A DNA stretch of 64,000 bases from an uncultured virus (IMG/VR IMGVR_UViG_3300037132_000149) (IMGVR_UViG_3300037132_000149:1-64000), one strand, 5' to 3'; positions 46,077 through 56,250 are shown, numbered from the stretch's first letter. Made by a program: numbers and translations. Notes: a model not told the origin generated them from the sequence alone.

Positions 46077-47813
46077 TTACTTCCGGCCCGAACGCAGCCG
46101 GTGATACTGGGTGATGATCCGGGCCTGCTTGTCGCCCGGGCTTGCCCCTGGGAAACCAGGGTCGGCCTTGGCCAGTTCTTCGGCCTTGGTCATCAGTTGC
46201 GCTTCGGTCGCGCCCTGCGGCAGCGCCGAGCTCGCGCTCGTCGGCTCCGGCTGGACTGCGGCGGTCCGCGCGCCCAATCTTTGCGCCTGTTTGTCAGCGT
46301 CGAGTTTCACCAGATTCTGGATCCGCTCGATCTCTTTGGTCACCAGGCCGGGGATCAGGTCCGCGGCCTTGCGCTGGTACCAGTCGGCGCGCATCTTGCG
46401 GGTTTGATCGTTCTGCGGCAGCAGTTCGTGCTGCGCAATCTCGAGCAGCGTCCTTGAGCCAGGCTGCATCAGCGCGTTCTCGAAGGCCGTGAAGATTCTG
46501 ACCACGATGTCTGCGGTCTTGGTTTCCTGGCCGTCGGCGCCCACGTATTTCTGCTGCAGGTAGAACTCGGGGATGTAGGTGCCCCCGTCGATCGCCTCTT
46601 TCAGGCGCTCGCCGATCACCTTGCCGGCCGAGCTTCCCATGTCGCTGCGCACGGCAGACTGGAACGTCGCGTTCTCGGCCGCCCTGGTTTCCTTGGTTGC
46701 TCCGGCCTTCCTGCCGGCCAACTCCTCGCGTTCCCTCGTCAACCGCGCCGCTTCCTCGGTGGCCCACTGTTTGAACTCGGGCGTCGCGTCGGCCGGAATC
46801 TCCGGCGCTTCGTCGGCGAAGTATTCGCCGCTCATGATCAGGGGCGCGATCTCGGCCCACATCTGGGCGTATTCGAGCCGGTCGAGCCGGCGCTGATCCA
46901 TCGAGCGCGCTTGCTCGTTCGGATAGACGCCGGTGTCCACCTTGGCCTTGAGTGCCGCGATCTTTGCCGTCATGTCGGCGTGGATGCTCGTCACTTCGCG
47001 GCCCACCACGGCGTCGATGAACGGCTTGCGGTCCGCCGCATAGGTTGGTTTGCCATCGGCTCCCATCACCGGCCTGCCGTCGGCCCCTACCACGGCGAAC
47101 TGCGAGTCGAGCATCTCGAGCACCTGCGGCGCCGTCTCCGGAGCAACCGACAGGCGCATCGAGGCGGCCTTCAATCCCACCATGGCCGCCGAGTTTTCCT
47201 GCATGAACTCGGCGTCGGCTTTGGTTGGTACCAGGGCCAGCACCTCTTCGGCGCCGGCGAGTTTGCGGGCCATCGAGAAGACCTGACCCTTGAACTCCGG
47301 GTCGGCGTCGAGGAAGGCCTGCCGCTCGGGCTTCGCTGTGAGTAGGTCCGCCAGTTGCTTCGGGGTTGGCGGCGCTGCTTCCGGCGCTGCCGGTGCGGCT
47401 GCCTCGCCCGGTTTGGCTGGCTCGCCGGGCTTGGCGCCATCGGCCGGCTGCGCGCCGAGCTGGTCGGCTACGGCCTGGGCTGGCGGCTTCGCTGGTTCGG
47501 CTGCCGGTGCCGCGCCTGGCGCGGGCTGCGCGGCTTCCCACTCTCTGAGTTTGCGCAAGAACTCGACCTGCCCATCGCGGTTGCCTGGGAAGTCGGTGTT
47601 TTTCGGCTTCTCGCCGGCTGCCGCTGCCGCGGGTGCTGCCGGTGCGGCTGCTGGAGCAGCGGGCGCCGCGCCTGGGGCTGCGGGGGCTGCTGGGGGCGCT
47701 GCTGGTGCTGCGGGGGCCTGACTAGACGGCGCAGAGGATGGAGCGGCCGCGGGGGCCGCTGGAGCTGCTGCCGGTGCTGCTGCTGGCGCTGCTGGTACGA
47801 CTGGACTTGCCAT
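46077..47813 (-). CDS. Capsid scaffolding protein (putative)
   Basis: Pro/Ala-rich N-terminus and helical body, directly upstream of the capsid gene. Confidence 0.65.
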   Translation of the reverse strand: MASPVVPAAPAAAPAAAPAAPAAAPSSAPSSQAPAAPAAPPAAPAAPGAAPAAPAAAPAAPAAAAAGEKPKNTDFPGNRDGQVEFLRKLREWEAAQPAPGAAPAAEPAKPPAQAVADQLGAQPADGAKPGEPAKPGEAAAPAAPEAAPPTPKQLADLLTAKPERQAFLDADPEFKGQVFSMARKLAGAEEVLALVPTKADAEFMQENSAAMVGLKAASMRLSVAPETAPQVLEMLDSQFAVVGADGRPVMGADGKPTYAADRKPFIDAVVGREVTSIHADMTAKIAALKAKVDTGVYPNEQARSMDQRRLDRLEYAQMWAEIAPLIMSGEYFADEAPEIPADATPEFKQWATEEAARLTREREELAGRKAGATKETRAAENATFQSAVRSDMGSSAGKVIGERLKEAIDGGTYIPEFYLQQKYVGADGQETKTADIVVRIFTAFENALMQPGSRTLLEIAQHELLPQNDQTRKMRADWYQRKAADLIPGLVTKEIERIQNLVKLDADKQAQRLGARTAAVQPEPTSASSALPQGATEAQLMTKAEELAKADPGFPGASPGDKQARIITQYHRLRSGRK

Positions 47814-47864
47814 CTTTTCCTCGTTTCGAGTTGGCCGCCGCGGCGGCCGTTGGTCCTGCTGGTT

Positions 47865-47896
47865 GCCCCGGCCCCGCTTTTGAAGGCGGGGCCGGG
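47865..47896. other. GC-rich hairpin between late genes
   Basis: CCGGCCCCGC...GCGGGGCCGG inverted repeat; no clear U-tract. Confidence 0.55.
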
Positions 47897-47907
47897 TGCC
47901 TGTCCGT

Positions 47908-48732
47908 TTATTGCTGCTCTTCTACCGGCTTGCCGCCTGCCTCTGGATCCCCGGCGTCGTCGACGGCGTCGAGGAAACTCTCGGCAACCGCTTCGGGCTC
48001 GGGTTCGGGCTCATTTTCCGGCTGCGCTTCCATGGTCTCGGCGACCGCCTCCGGCTCGAGGTGGGTCTGGCCCTCGTCGACGAAGGTCTGAGGTTCGGCG
48101 ACGACGACGCCTGACTCGGGCTGCGCCTGGGGCTCCTCACCCGGTTGCGCACCGCCGGCCGTTGCATCGGCGGCGGCCTTGTCGGCCGCGTCGGCGTCGA
48201 GATCTTCGGCCGATGGGAGTTGCTGCTTCACGATGCCGGAGCTGAGGGCTTCGGCGAGGGCGCCCGGTGTGCGCAGCGCGCGTGCCATCGCGCTCGCCTG
48301 AATGGCTTCGACGATTCTGTTCGAGGCCACCTTGTGCATCTCGACATCGGGATCGGCGATCAGCGCGAGCAAGGCCTCAACCTTGTCGAAGGGCTGCCAG
48401 CCGCTGGCCCTGGGGTTCGCGTTCATCTGCGCCTCGAGGTCCTTGGCGGCCTCGTCGCGTTCCGGGCCCGGCCGGAACTGGGCTGCGGCGGTCTGGCGCG
48501 CGTACTCGCCGGCAACGCCCAGGCGAATCGCGGCTGCGATCAGCATCGGGGCTCCGGTCACGGTTGACGGCACGCCGGCCTCGTCCAGGTAGATCAAGCT
48601 GAGGTGATGGCTGACCATCCTATACCCGGCGTGCATCCCGATTGCGGGACTGCCGAGCGCAACGGCGCGATACCCAACGCCACCGACCACGTACAACACG
48701 GGGTCGCCCTTCTTGATTGCTGCAAAGTCCAT
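47908..48732 (-). CDS. Hypothetical protein with acidic C-terminus
   Basis: RBS GGAGG; lies between portal and scaffold. Confidence 0.7.
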   Translation of the reverse strand: MDFAAIKKGDPVLYVVGGVGYRAVALGSPAIGMHAGYRMVSHHLSLIYLDEAGVPSTVTGAPMLIAAAIRLGVAGEYARQTAAAQFRPGPERDEAAKDLEAQMNANPRASGWQPFDKVEALLALIADPDVEMHKVASNRIVEAIQASAMARALRTPGALAEALSSGIVKQQLPSAEDLDADAADKAAADATAGGAQPGEEPQAQPESGVVVAEPQTFVDEGQTHLEPEAVAETMEAQPENEPEPEPEAVAESFLDAVDDAGDPEAGGKPVEEQQ

Positions 48733-48746
48733 GACATTCCTCCGTT

Positions 48747-51308
48747 TTATTTTGCTCCGCCGGCGACCTTGAGAGTGTCGAGGGCGGTCTTGACGACATT
48801 GTTTGAAGCAGTGACCTGCGGGCCGATGGCCCCGTTCTTGCCCTGGGGCGGCAGCTCGGCGAGCTCGACCTCGCGGTCAACCATGGCCAGAGCCTTGCCC
48901 AGCAGTTCCTTGAGGGCCGCCTGGGCGCCCTGCTGTGTTGGATCGGGCGGAGGTGGCGGCGGCTGGCCGGCAGCGCGCACCTTGAGTTCGAGGTTGGCTT
49001 TGCGCACGCCCTGCGTGGTCTGCATGTCCTGGCACATGCCGAAGTAGCGCTCGACCTGCGACCATCCGATGGGATTTTTGACGCGCAGGTCGGCGTTTTC
49101 GATCATGAACTCCTGAATGGTCGGAATCACGATCGAGTAATCCCAGAGCACGGAGGGTTCGACGGGCAGCTTCACGCCGATCGAGCCGTCCGGCATCTCT
49201 ATCGGCATGCCCGGCTGCTCGAGCAGCACGTTCACATCCTGGAGGGTTTGGGCGCGCTGCGCCTTGACCGGCGAGACCACGTTCGGGTAGAGACGGCTGG
49301 CGATGGTGTCCTGGTTCGCCGGCACGTCGAGGATGCGCTGCGCTGCCGGGTTGCCCTTGGTCAGCCCATCCATCAGGTGCTCGAAACTCTCGCGCTCCTG
49401 CTCGGCGGTCAGCGGCATATCCTGGTCCTCGTCGGGGTAGACTTTAACGCGGCCGCGCATCTTCTCGAGGTTGACGTAATTGTTGCGGAACTGCGAGCCC
49501 TGGTCTTCGACGACTTCCCATATCTCCTTCGCGGCGCCGCACTTGAGCAGCTTTTGCAGGCACTCGATTGCGTTCTCGGCGGCCTGTGCGTGCTCCTCCT
49601 TCACATTCTCCCAGTACGGGGCCATGCCCAGGTTCGCCTGGCCGAGCTGCATATTCTGGCCGCCATAGGTCTCAACGTCGGGGTTGGTGCCGGCGCCTGC
49701 CAGTTGCGGCGGCATGCCGTTCAGCAGTTGCGCAAACATCCAGAGCATCTGCGGGTAGAGCGCGAGGCCCGGGTTCACGGGGATGTCGAAGTGCATGAAG
49801 GCTTCTGACATCGGCCGTTTGTCGCCCGCGCCAAACTTCATCGGCACCGGCAGCACCGTCGCCGGGGCCAGCGTGTTGCCCTTCCACTTGTCGGTGTCGA
49901 TCCTCGAGCCGTCCACCAGGTTGAGCCCGCAGGCCGCCCGCATCATGTAGTCGTCGTAGAGCTGCATCGCGGAGTTGAACCGCTCGTTGAAACTGACCAC
50001 GTTTTCGGCGATCGAGATCGAGTACACGCCAAACTTCTCGTGCAGCCGGCAGAGCGTCCACTCCTTGACCAGCGTGGCCTTCTTCACCGCGACGACTTTG
50101 GACCCGATCATCGAAATCTTGATCCCGTCAGGCGCTGCCGCCGTCATGCGGTCGGCGTAGTCCTTGTCGCCTTTGCGCCGGTAGGCCATGGGCTGCACCC
50201 AGACCTGCGAGAACGTCGGCCGCTGCTGGTCGGTGTCCGAGGTGTAGGCCGTGCCCATCGAGTAGCTCTCGTTGCGGCGCAGCCGGTCGTAGTCGGCGAT
50301 CGACGAGGTGGAGGCGACCGCGCCCTCCTTGATGTCTTCCCACGCCGCCGGGAACATCATGCGCGCCTCGCCCACGTCGATCTCCATATCGAACGCGAGC
50401 AGCGGCACGCCGGCCAAATCCTTGGCCTGGGGGTCGGTGTCGATCTCAAGGCCTGAGTGGATTGACTGCTTTACCATGGCCCGCGGAATTTTCTGGACTC
50501 CGGTCACGGTGAGCACGTTTCTGGGCGGCCCGGCTTCCATATAGTCCTGGGGTCCCATCCTGGCCGAGCACCCGGGGCAGCTAAAGTTCGTGTCGTCGCC
50601 GGCGCCGAGCTGATCGAGCGGCGTTTCCTTGCCGCATTTTGGGCAGTGCATGCGCTCGGGCACGTCGATCGTCATCTCGCCCAGCACCGGCTGCGTGTCG
50701 TAGCCAGACCAGGCGCCGTCGAGCACGCCGCGGGTGTACTTGAAGTAGGAGCCGTACAGGTAGAGGAACTCGAACTCGCCGCGGGTCATCTGCCGGATTC
50801 CGTTGCGCCGTTCGATGATGCCGATGGCGTCCTGCGCGGCCTCGGCGGTGGTCAGGTCGGCGAGCACGCGCGCGTCCTGCGGCCGCACGATGGTCATCGG
50901 CACCTCGCGACTCATGTTGCCGATAAAGGTCTGGCCGAGCATCAGGGTGACCGGGTGAATAAACCGCTCGAGGCCGGTCGACTCGCCCTGGCGCACCTTG
51001 TCCGAGCCCTGGTACCAGGCTAGCGAATCGACCCAGTTGCCGGCCTGCTCGTTCCAGTCCAGCACCTGCACGCCGCGATACATCAGCACGTTCTTCATCC
51101 ATATCCGCATGCGCTGCAGCCGGTCCATCGACCACTGGTTGCGGTACATGGTGATGATCGAGACGGTCTGGTTGATGTCCTCTTCGCTGAGGTCGAGCTC
51201 GATCCACTGGTTCTCGGCCGGGCGCTGCTCGGGGTTCTCTCCTGAGATTGCGGCAACCTTGGATCCAGTTGAGCCTGGAAGCGTAACCGGGATGATGCTT
51301 GCACCCAT
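48747..51308 (-). CDS. Portal protein (putative, P22-like)
   Basis: 853 aa, helical, P.D.....TA..A motif, Zn-ribbon insert, Gln/Pro-rich tail, upstream of scaffold and capsid. Confidence 0.75.
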   Translation of the reverse strand: MGASIIPVTLPGSTGSKVAAISGENPEQRPAENQWIELDLSEEDINQTVSIITMYRNQWSMDRLQRMRIWMKNVLMYRGVQVLDWNEQAGNWVDSLAWYQGSDKVRQGESTGLERFIHPVTLMLGQTFIGNMSREVPMTIVRPQDARVLADLTTAEAAQDAIGIIERRNGIRQMTRGEFEFLYLYGSYFKYTRGVLDGAWSGYDTQPVLGEMTIDVPERMHCPKCGKETPLDQLGAGDDTNFSCPGCSARMGPQDYMEAGPPRNVLTVTGVQKIPRAMVKQSIHSGLEIDTDPQAKDLAGVPLLAFDMEIDVGEARMMFPAAWEDIKEGAVASTSSIADYDRLRRNESYSMGTAYTSDTDQQRPTFSQVWVQPMAYRRKGDKDYADRMTAAAPDGIKISMIGSKVVAVKKATLVKEWTLCRLHEKFGVYSISIAENVVSFNERFNSAMQLYDDYMMRAACGLNLVDGSRIDTDKWKGNTLAPATVLPVPMKFGAGDKRPMSEAFMHFDIPVNPGLALYPQMLWMFAQLLNGMPPQLAGAGTNPDVETYGGQNMQLGQANLGMAPYWENVKEEHAQAAENAIECLQKLLKCGAAKEIWEVVEDQGSQFRNNYVNLEKMRGRVKVYPDEDQDMPLTAEQERESFEHLMDGLTKGNPAAQRILDVPANQDTIASRLYPNVVSPVKAQRAQTLQDVNVLLEQPGMPIEMPDGSIGVKLPVEPSVLWDYSIVIPTIQEFMIENADLRVKNPIGWSQVERYFGMCQDMQTTQGVRKANLELKVRAAGQPPPPPPDPTQQGAQAALKELLGKALAMVDREVELAELPPQGKNGAIGPQVTASNNVVKTALDTLKVAGGAK

Positions 51309-51676
51309 CAGTTCGGTCTCCTGCCGTTCAAAGCAAAGGTGCCGTTGGCCAGCGCCGTGCGCGCGGCCTCATGAACGTCGTCAAAGCTGATCTGCCGCTT
51401 CGGGGCCGGCGCCGAAGATTCCGGCGGCGCGGCCGCAGTCGCGACCGCCCGTTCATAGATCGGCGGCTGTCCGCTCAGTTGCGCGATGCGGTCGGTCAAG
51501 ATCCGGCGTTCCTGCTCGGCCGTATCGGCCCGCGCGTTTGCTGCCGCAATCAGCGCTGCGTCGCGAGCCTCGGCCAGCTCGCGGGCGGCTTCGGCCTTGG
51601 CGGTTGCGCTCTCGGCAATCCTTACCCAGGCCTCTGCGGCGTCCAGCCTCGCTCTCGAAACCAACGGCCATCTCAT
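51308..51676 (-). CDS. Coiled-coil hypothetical protein
   Basis: Coupled to the portal gene. Confidence 0.6.
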   Translation of the reverse strand: MRWPLVSRARLDAAEAWVRIAESATAKAEAARELAEARDAALIAAANARADTAEQERRILTDRIAQLSGQPPIYERAVATAAAPPESSAPAPKRQISFDDVHEAARTALANGTFALNGRRPN

Positions 51677-51846
51677 GCGAATATCCCCATCAGCCAGGCA
51701 CCCAGCCTGGTCTCCGACGTTCCGGCATCCTGCCACTTGTCACCGACCCATATCAAGGTCAGGAAGAAGTCGGCGGTAATGCCGCGGCGCTCGCGAAACT
51801 CCGAGTACCAGCCGGCCCGAACGCGAACGTGCCAGGGCGCGGTCAT
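51673..51846 (-). CDS. Small hypothetical protein (57 aa; not in the ORF track)
   Basis: MTAPWHVRVRAGWYSEF...GIFA*; ATGA overlaps at both ends. Confidence 0.5.
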   Translation of the reverse strand: MTAPWHVRVRAGWYSEFRERRGITADFFLTLIWVGDKWQDAGTSETRLGAWLMGIFA

Positions 51847-52073
51847 ATCTTGCCTGCTCCGGAAGTGTTGCCTGTGCCGAGCACCGGCCGGCTCTTAATC
51901 ACAAGCTCTCTGATCAACGCGACCATGTTCATGTCCCATCCTGGCGGCGCAAACTTAGTCAGACCAAGGCTGCGCGCGTGTCGGAGGTGCTGCGCGCTTC
52001 TGCGCATCGCCTGGTCGTAGTTCAACTGGCACGCCTCGCAGGCCGTCTCCGGGTTGTGCTGGCAGCCGACCAT
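51843..52073 (-). CDS. Hypothetical protein
   Basis: TAATG coupling. Confidence 0.5.
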   Translation of the reverse strand: MVGCQHNPETACEACQLNYDQAMRRSAQHLRHARSLGLTKFAPPGWDMNMVALIRELVIKSRPVLGTGNTSGAGKI

Positions 52074-52294
52074 TATTTCTTGCGCTTCGCCTTCTCCCGC
52101 GCGCTCACCATGTCAAACTTCCGCTTGACCTTGCCGCGCACGCGGGCCTTCTCTTCCGGCGTGCCGTTCTCGCTCACCCTCGACAATGCGTTCGCCCCGT
52201 GGCTCCGGTCGGGAATCGGATAGGCGCGCTTCTCGGGAATGGCAAAAGCCGAGTCGGGCAGCGCGTCGCGGGTTGCCGTGGTCAGTTTCGCCAT
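52073..52294 (-). CDS. Small basic conserved phage protein
   Basis: MAKLT...R.ALP.S.FA.P..RAYPIPD.SH..NAL.R motif common near head genes. Confidence 0.75.
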   Translation of the reverse strand: MAKLTTATRDALPDSAFAIPEKRAYPIPDRSHGANALSRVSENGTPEEKARVRGKVKRKFDMVSAREKAKRKK

Positions 52295-52296
52295 CG

Positions 52297-52683
52297 TCAA
52301 TTCTCCGTCGCATCGATCAGGATCGCGGACGCGGTCTTGGACGTCACCACGCAGATCACGGTGCCGTGGGTGACCGGGCCGCCAGGGCAGACCGGGAACG
52401 GCGAGCTGCCGCCGTTGCCGATGGGCACCGTGTTGGGTGGGTGGTCGCCGGGGTACCCGGCAATCAGCACCGGCTCCTGCGTCGGACCCACTGCAATCGG
52501 CGGGCCGAGCACGTACAGGCCGTTGCCCTGCATGGTCGCGAGGCGGTAGATGAAGCCCTGGAGCACGCCGGCGTTGAGCGAGGCGTCCTCCTGCAGCGAG
52601 ATCCGGCTCGAGACCTGCGTGGTGCGAACGATGACTGCGGCGCCGCCAGCAACGGGCGCGGCGTACTGGGTTGTCTTTTGCAT
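52297..52683 (-). CDS. Hypothetical protein
   Basis: RBS GAGGAG, 128 aa. Confidence 0.6.
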   Translation of the reverse strand: MQKTTQYAAPVAGGAAVIVRTTQVSSRISLQEDASLNAGVLQGFIYRLATMQGNGLYVLGPPIAVGPTQEPVLIAGYPGDHPPNTVPIGNGGSSPFPVCPGGPVTHGTVICVVTSKTASAILIDATEN

Positions 52684-52720
52684 TACCCTCTCCTCGTTGC
52701 CCTGCTCTGGCCCGTCTGTT

Positions 52721-53170
52721 TCATATCACCTGTGCCGGGGTATACGACCCCTGCCCGTTGGTTTCACCCACCAGCGCCTCGCGGCGTTGCGCGGCCTTGC
52801 CTGAGTCGTAACTGAGGTGCACGCAGGCCGGCGCACCCTTTGAGAACTCGAGGATGACCTGGTCGAATGGCAGTTTGCTGTCCAAGCGGATCCAGTCAAA
52901 CACCGTCTGCAGGCCGCCCGTGACTGGCACGATCACGCGAATGTCTGCCGCCGCGTTGCCGGCCTCGTACAGGTGCTGCGAATCGCAAGCGCCACCGACG
53001 CGCGCGTTGTGCCCCGGGTCGCGGTAGCCGTCGTCGACCGCGATCGACCCAAACTTCGCGCGCACCGGCTCGAGCAGTTTCTCGCAGAGCACGGTGGCGT
53101 TCGCGATCAGCCGCTGTTCGCAGCCGGCGACCCCAAGCTCGGTGTCCGCAAAATGTGGCGAGAGTTGCAT
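52721..53170 (-). CDS. Peptidase M15A endolysin
   Basis: LSPHF...E, GYR...HN..VGG...SQH.....AAD, VHLS. Confidence 0.88.
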   Translation of the reverse strand: MQLSPHFADTELGVAGCEQRLIANATVLCEKLLEPVRAKFGSIAVDDGYRDPGHNARVGGACDSQHLYEAGNAAADIRVIVPVTGGLQTVFDWIRLDSKLPFDQVILEFSKGAPACVHLSYDSGKAAQRREALVGETNGQGSYTPAQVI

Positions 53171-53264
53171 GAACTCTTCTCCCCGTCAAAATGCTCCGCG
53201 GGCCAGCCTACGACCGGCGGAGGATAGATCCGGCCGCGGCGATGCGGCTGGTCCGCGGAACCTC

Positions 53265-53855
53265 TTACCTGCAGCTCTTGAGAGCCGCGCGCCGCAAAAA
53301 CATCCTCTTTACCGCCATCGACTGCGAGGCCTGCGGATTGAAGAAATAGGTCAATCCGCTCGAGACTTCCCACGAGTTCTGCGTGCCCACTCGCAGCCAG
53401 TGAACGTCAAGCGTCGACAGTTGCAAAGCGGTATTCAGCCGGTAGGAGACGCCGCCGCCGGCCAGATAGGTGAACTGGCTGCCCGAGGCAAACGGCGAGA
53501 CGCCGAGCGCGCCCTGGGCGAATACCTGGAACGAATCGGCCGGCAGATTGGTCTTCTTGATCAGGGCGGAAATGTCAGGGGTTACCCGCACGCCGCCGAG
53601 GTAGGAGTTAAAGCCGAACGCGGGGCCAGCCACAATCTGGTGGCCCTCGATCGAGAGCGCATTGCCTTTGGACGCTCCCCAGTCGATCAGGTCGAGCGAC
53701 TCGGTGGTGTGCGTTGCCACGCCCCAGGTGTTGTTATAGTGGAGTGCTGTCGCCTCGGCCGATGTCGAGAAGACGAGGCCCGACTGGGCCTGGATAGGCA
53801 GCGCGAAAACAAGAAGGCCGAGCAAGGCCCCCAGGGTTGAGATTAAACTCTTCAC
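53265..53855 (-). CDS. Secreted outer-membrane beta-barrel-like protein
   Basis: GTG with RBS GGAGG; signal peptide IQA-Q; amphipathic strands GGGVSYRL, SGLTYFF. Confidence 0.6.
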   Translation of the reverse strand: MKSLISTLGALLGLLVFALPIQAQSGLVFSTSAEATALHYNNTWGVATHTTESLDLIDWGASKGNALSIEGHQIVAGPAFGFNSYLGGVRVTPDISALIKKTNLPADSFQVFAQGALGVSPFASGSQFTYLAGGGVSYRLNTALQLSTLDVHWLRVGTQNSWEVSSGLTYFFNPQASQSMAVKRMFLRRAALKSCR

Positions 53856-53869
53856 GGTGTTCCTCCCTT

Positions 53870-54667
53870 TCAATTGGTTTTCGGGACCCACGGCCGGCCC
53901 ATGTGGCCGGTCCACGAGTCGCAGGTTTCGTTTCCCCCCGCGGCGTCGTAATAGCCGTAGGGGATCATCAGGTCGCCCTCGAGACCCCAACCGGAGCCCC
54001 AGGAGTTGCGTGCAAGTTCCACGCCCTTTGTGTCGTCGTAGCCGTAGACCAGCAGCTCGTGGCCGCCGACCGGCGTCTCGAACCTCGCGGGCAGCGGCAG
54101 CAATCCAGTCTCGGCCACCTCGTCGCTCTCGATCGCCTTGTACACCGGGATGCCGATCGTCCGGCAGTAGCCGGAGGCCAGCACCGACTTCGCGGTTGCA
54201 AGGCCCTCGTCGAACAGCACGCGGTGGTAGGCGCCGATCCTGAAAGCGTATGCGGCCGCATCCATCGGCGCGGTCGGCGCCTGGCCGATCGCGGTGTCAA
54301 TAAATGGATCCGCCGGGTCCGGGCAGACGCCAAGCTGGTTGAGGACCTGAAACAGGGTGCGGCTGTCCGAGCCGTCGTCGGCAGGGAATGTGCCGTTCTT
54401 CATGCGCTCCTGGGCGTAGAGGAAGAGCGCCGAGAACATGGCCGGGCTAACGAGTTTGGTTGGGAAGGCGGAGGTGAACGCGCCGTAAAGCCAGTCGAGC
54501 CATCCTGCTCCTGACTGGCCTGTGCAGCTTCCGCTCGCGCCCTGGTCGCGCACCGGCCCGAGGCCTGGCTTCATGCTCACCGTGGCCGGACCCAAGGCCA
54601 GCGACCGCATCGCGAGGTGATCGCGAACGTCAAACAGATCCTTGCGAACTTTGAAGATGCGACTCAT
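53870..54667 (-). CDS. Papain-like C1 cysteine peptidase
   Basis: DQGASGSC (Gln, Cys), GGHE (His), RNSWG (Asn). Confidence 0.9.
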   Translation of the reverse strand: MSRIFKVRKDLFDVRDHLAMRSLALGPATVSMKPGLGPVRDQGASGSCTGQSGAGWLDWLYGAFTSAFPTKLVSPAMFSALFLYAQERMKNGTFPADDGSDSRTLFQVLNQLGVCPDPADPFIDTAIGQAPTAPMDAAAYAFRIGAYHRVLFDEGLATAKSVLASGYCRTIGIPVYKAIESDEVAETGLLPLPARFETPVGGHELLVYGYDDTKGVELARNSWGSGWGLEGDLMIPYGYYDAAGGNETCDSWTGHMGRPWVPKTN

Positions 54668-54909
54668 GAATGGTTTCCCTCCTTTTGGACCAGCGAGTTC
54701 ACCCCTGGGTCAGGGGCGTCGTTTGTCATGTGGGCGACCGCGATTCTCAGGCCGCCGGCGACGGCTGCGAGAACCAGGAACGTGATCGGCACCCATTTGG
54801 GGCATCCTTGAATGGCCACCGTGCCAGCGGCTGCGGATCCGAAGGCTGTCGTAAAGAACCCGGCGTACCCGGCAAGCGTTGTAAGACTCACTCCGAAAAG
54901 TTTCTGCAT
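54664..54909 (-). CDS. Putative holin (2 TM)
   Basis: 81 aa, two hydrophobic helices, upstream of the lytic enzymes. Confidence 0.5.
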   Translation of the reverse strand: MQKLFGVSLTTLAGYAGFFTTAFGSAAAGTVAIQGCPKWVPITFLVLAAVAGGLRIAVAHMTNDAPDPGVNSLVQKEGNHS

Positions 54910-54961
54910 GGCGTCTTGCGCCCCTTTCGTGGCGATTTTGGCCCTTCGATTACCGGCGCGC

Positions 54962-55501
54962 CTAGCGGTGCCAGGTGACGGTCACCGTCGGCGCTGCCAG
55001 GGTTGCTACGTTGTACTTCCCGGTCTCGAACACGTTCGGCGGCGTGCTCGGCAGCAGTGGCGGCGCCAGTGACGCGATCGTCGTCACGGCCGGCGCGCCC
55101 AGCGCGGGCGGGTAGAGCGCGATCAATTGCGCGGTCGAGGCCGGCGAAGGCGGGCCGGTCCAGGCCGGCGTGAGGTTCGTGTAAACCACCTGCACGGTAA
55201 ACGCCACGTAAACGCCGGTCGCCGGGGCCGGCCCGCTGTAGCTTGCCGTCGTGAGTGCCGTCGCTGGCGTCTGGAGCGCCGTGTACGGGCCGGGCCCCGG
55301 GTTGCCGGGCGTCGGGCAGGTGGTCGCGTTGGTGCACGTCGCCCAACTGTAGATGTACCCGCAGGTGTAGCCGGCTGGGCAGGCCGGCGCATTGTTTGAG
55401 GCGGTGACGGTGGGCGGCGGTGTCACCGGCGCCTGGCCGTGGCTGCAGCCGACGATGGCGGCGGCGAGCACGAGGGCTAGAAGTTCGTTGCGTAGTTTCA
55501 T
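54962..55501 (-). CDS. Lipoprotein with Cys-rich FN3-like domain
   Basis: Lipobox IVG-C; paralog of the adjacent gene's C-terminal domain. Confidence 0.7.
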   Translation of the reverse strand: MKLRNELLALVLAAAIVGCSHGQAPVTPPPTVTASNNAPACPAGYTCGYIYSWATCTNATTCPTPGNPGPGPYTALQTPATALTTASYSGPAPATGVYVAFTVQVVYTNLTPAWTGPPSPASTAQLIALYPPALGAPAVTTIASLAPPLLPSTPPNVFETGKYNVATLAAPTVTVTWHR

Positions 55502-55523
55502 GGAATCCTCCTTGGGTTGATGG

Positions 55524-56240
55524 TTACTGTTGGCTCCGGCCAAGCGACGTCGGGTGAGTTGGCTCGACCGCGGGCACCAGTTGCGCCGTTGATGCCTCCG
55601 AAGGCGGCCCGGTCCAGGCCGGGGTGAGGTTCGTGTAAACCACCTGCACGGTGCATGCGAGATAGACCCCGGTCGCCGGCGCCGAACCCGTGTGATTGGG
55701 CGACGACAGCGCCGTCGCTGGCGTCTGGATTGCCGTGTAGGGTCCGGGCCCCGGGTTGCCGGGGGTCGGGCATACGGTTGAGTTTGTGCAGGTCGCACAA
55801 CTGAAAATGTAGCCGCAGGTGTTGCCATCCGGGCACGTCGGCGCCGATGCTGAGGCCGTAATCGTGGCCGGCGGGTTGACCTTGACGGTCGGTTTCGAGA
55901 GGGCCGCCGGCAAGGCCGGAACTGGCACGGTCGCGGTGTTTGAATTTGAACTCGTCACGCCCTCGGCGTCCACGCTTTCGACCACGTAGTCGTAGCTCGT
56001 GGCTGGCTGCGGGGTCAGGTCTGAGTAGTTTGTCGGCACAACCAGGCCGGTCGAGATCTGCTGAAAGCTGGTCGACCCTGTCGGCGCACGATAGGCGTTG
56101 TATCCAGCCACCGGGTCGGGCGAGCTCACGGGGGCATCCCAGGTCAGGTTTACCTTAAAACTCGTCACTTTGGCCTGGCCGGCGGCGGATCTCGCCCACG
56201 CACATACGAGAACCAGCGCCAGCATGAAGACTCTCAGCAT
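55524..56240 (-). CDS. Secreted fibronectin type III domain protein
   Basis: Signal peptide; VNLTWDAP...GYNAYR...YSD......YDYVVESVD..G.S..SN. Confidence 0.8.
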   Translation of the reverse strand: MLRVFMLALVLVCAWARSAAGQAKVTSFKVNLTWDAPVSSPDPVAGYNAYRAPTGSTSFQQISTGLVVPTNYSDLTPQPATSYDYVVESVDAEGVTSSNSNTATVPVPALPAALSKPTVKVNPPATITASASAPTCPDGNTCGYIFSCATCTNSTVCPTPGNPGPGPYTAIQTPATALSSPNHTGSAPATGVYLACTVQVVYTNLTPAWTGPPSEASTAQLVPAVEPTHPTSLGRSQQ

Positions 56241-56250
56241 CAATCGCTCC

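Noticed and set aside
47360..47800. GC-rich low-complexity repeats
   Set aside because: Explained by the Pro/Ala-rich N-terminus of the scaffold protein
19623..50456. Long plus-strand ORFs antisense to late genes (e.g. 19623-21005, 24398-25846, 26915-28471, 44593-46104)
   Set aside because: Shadow ORFs expected from high GC3 codon bias; no recognisable motifs
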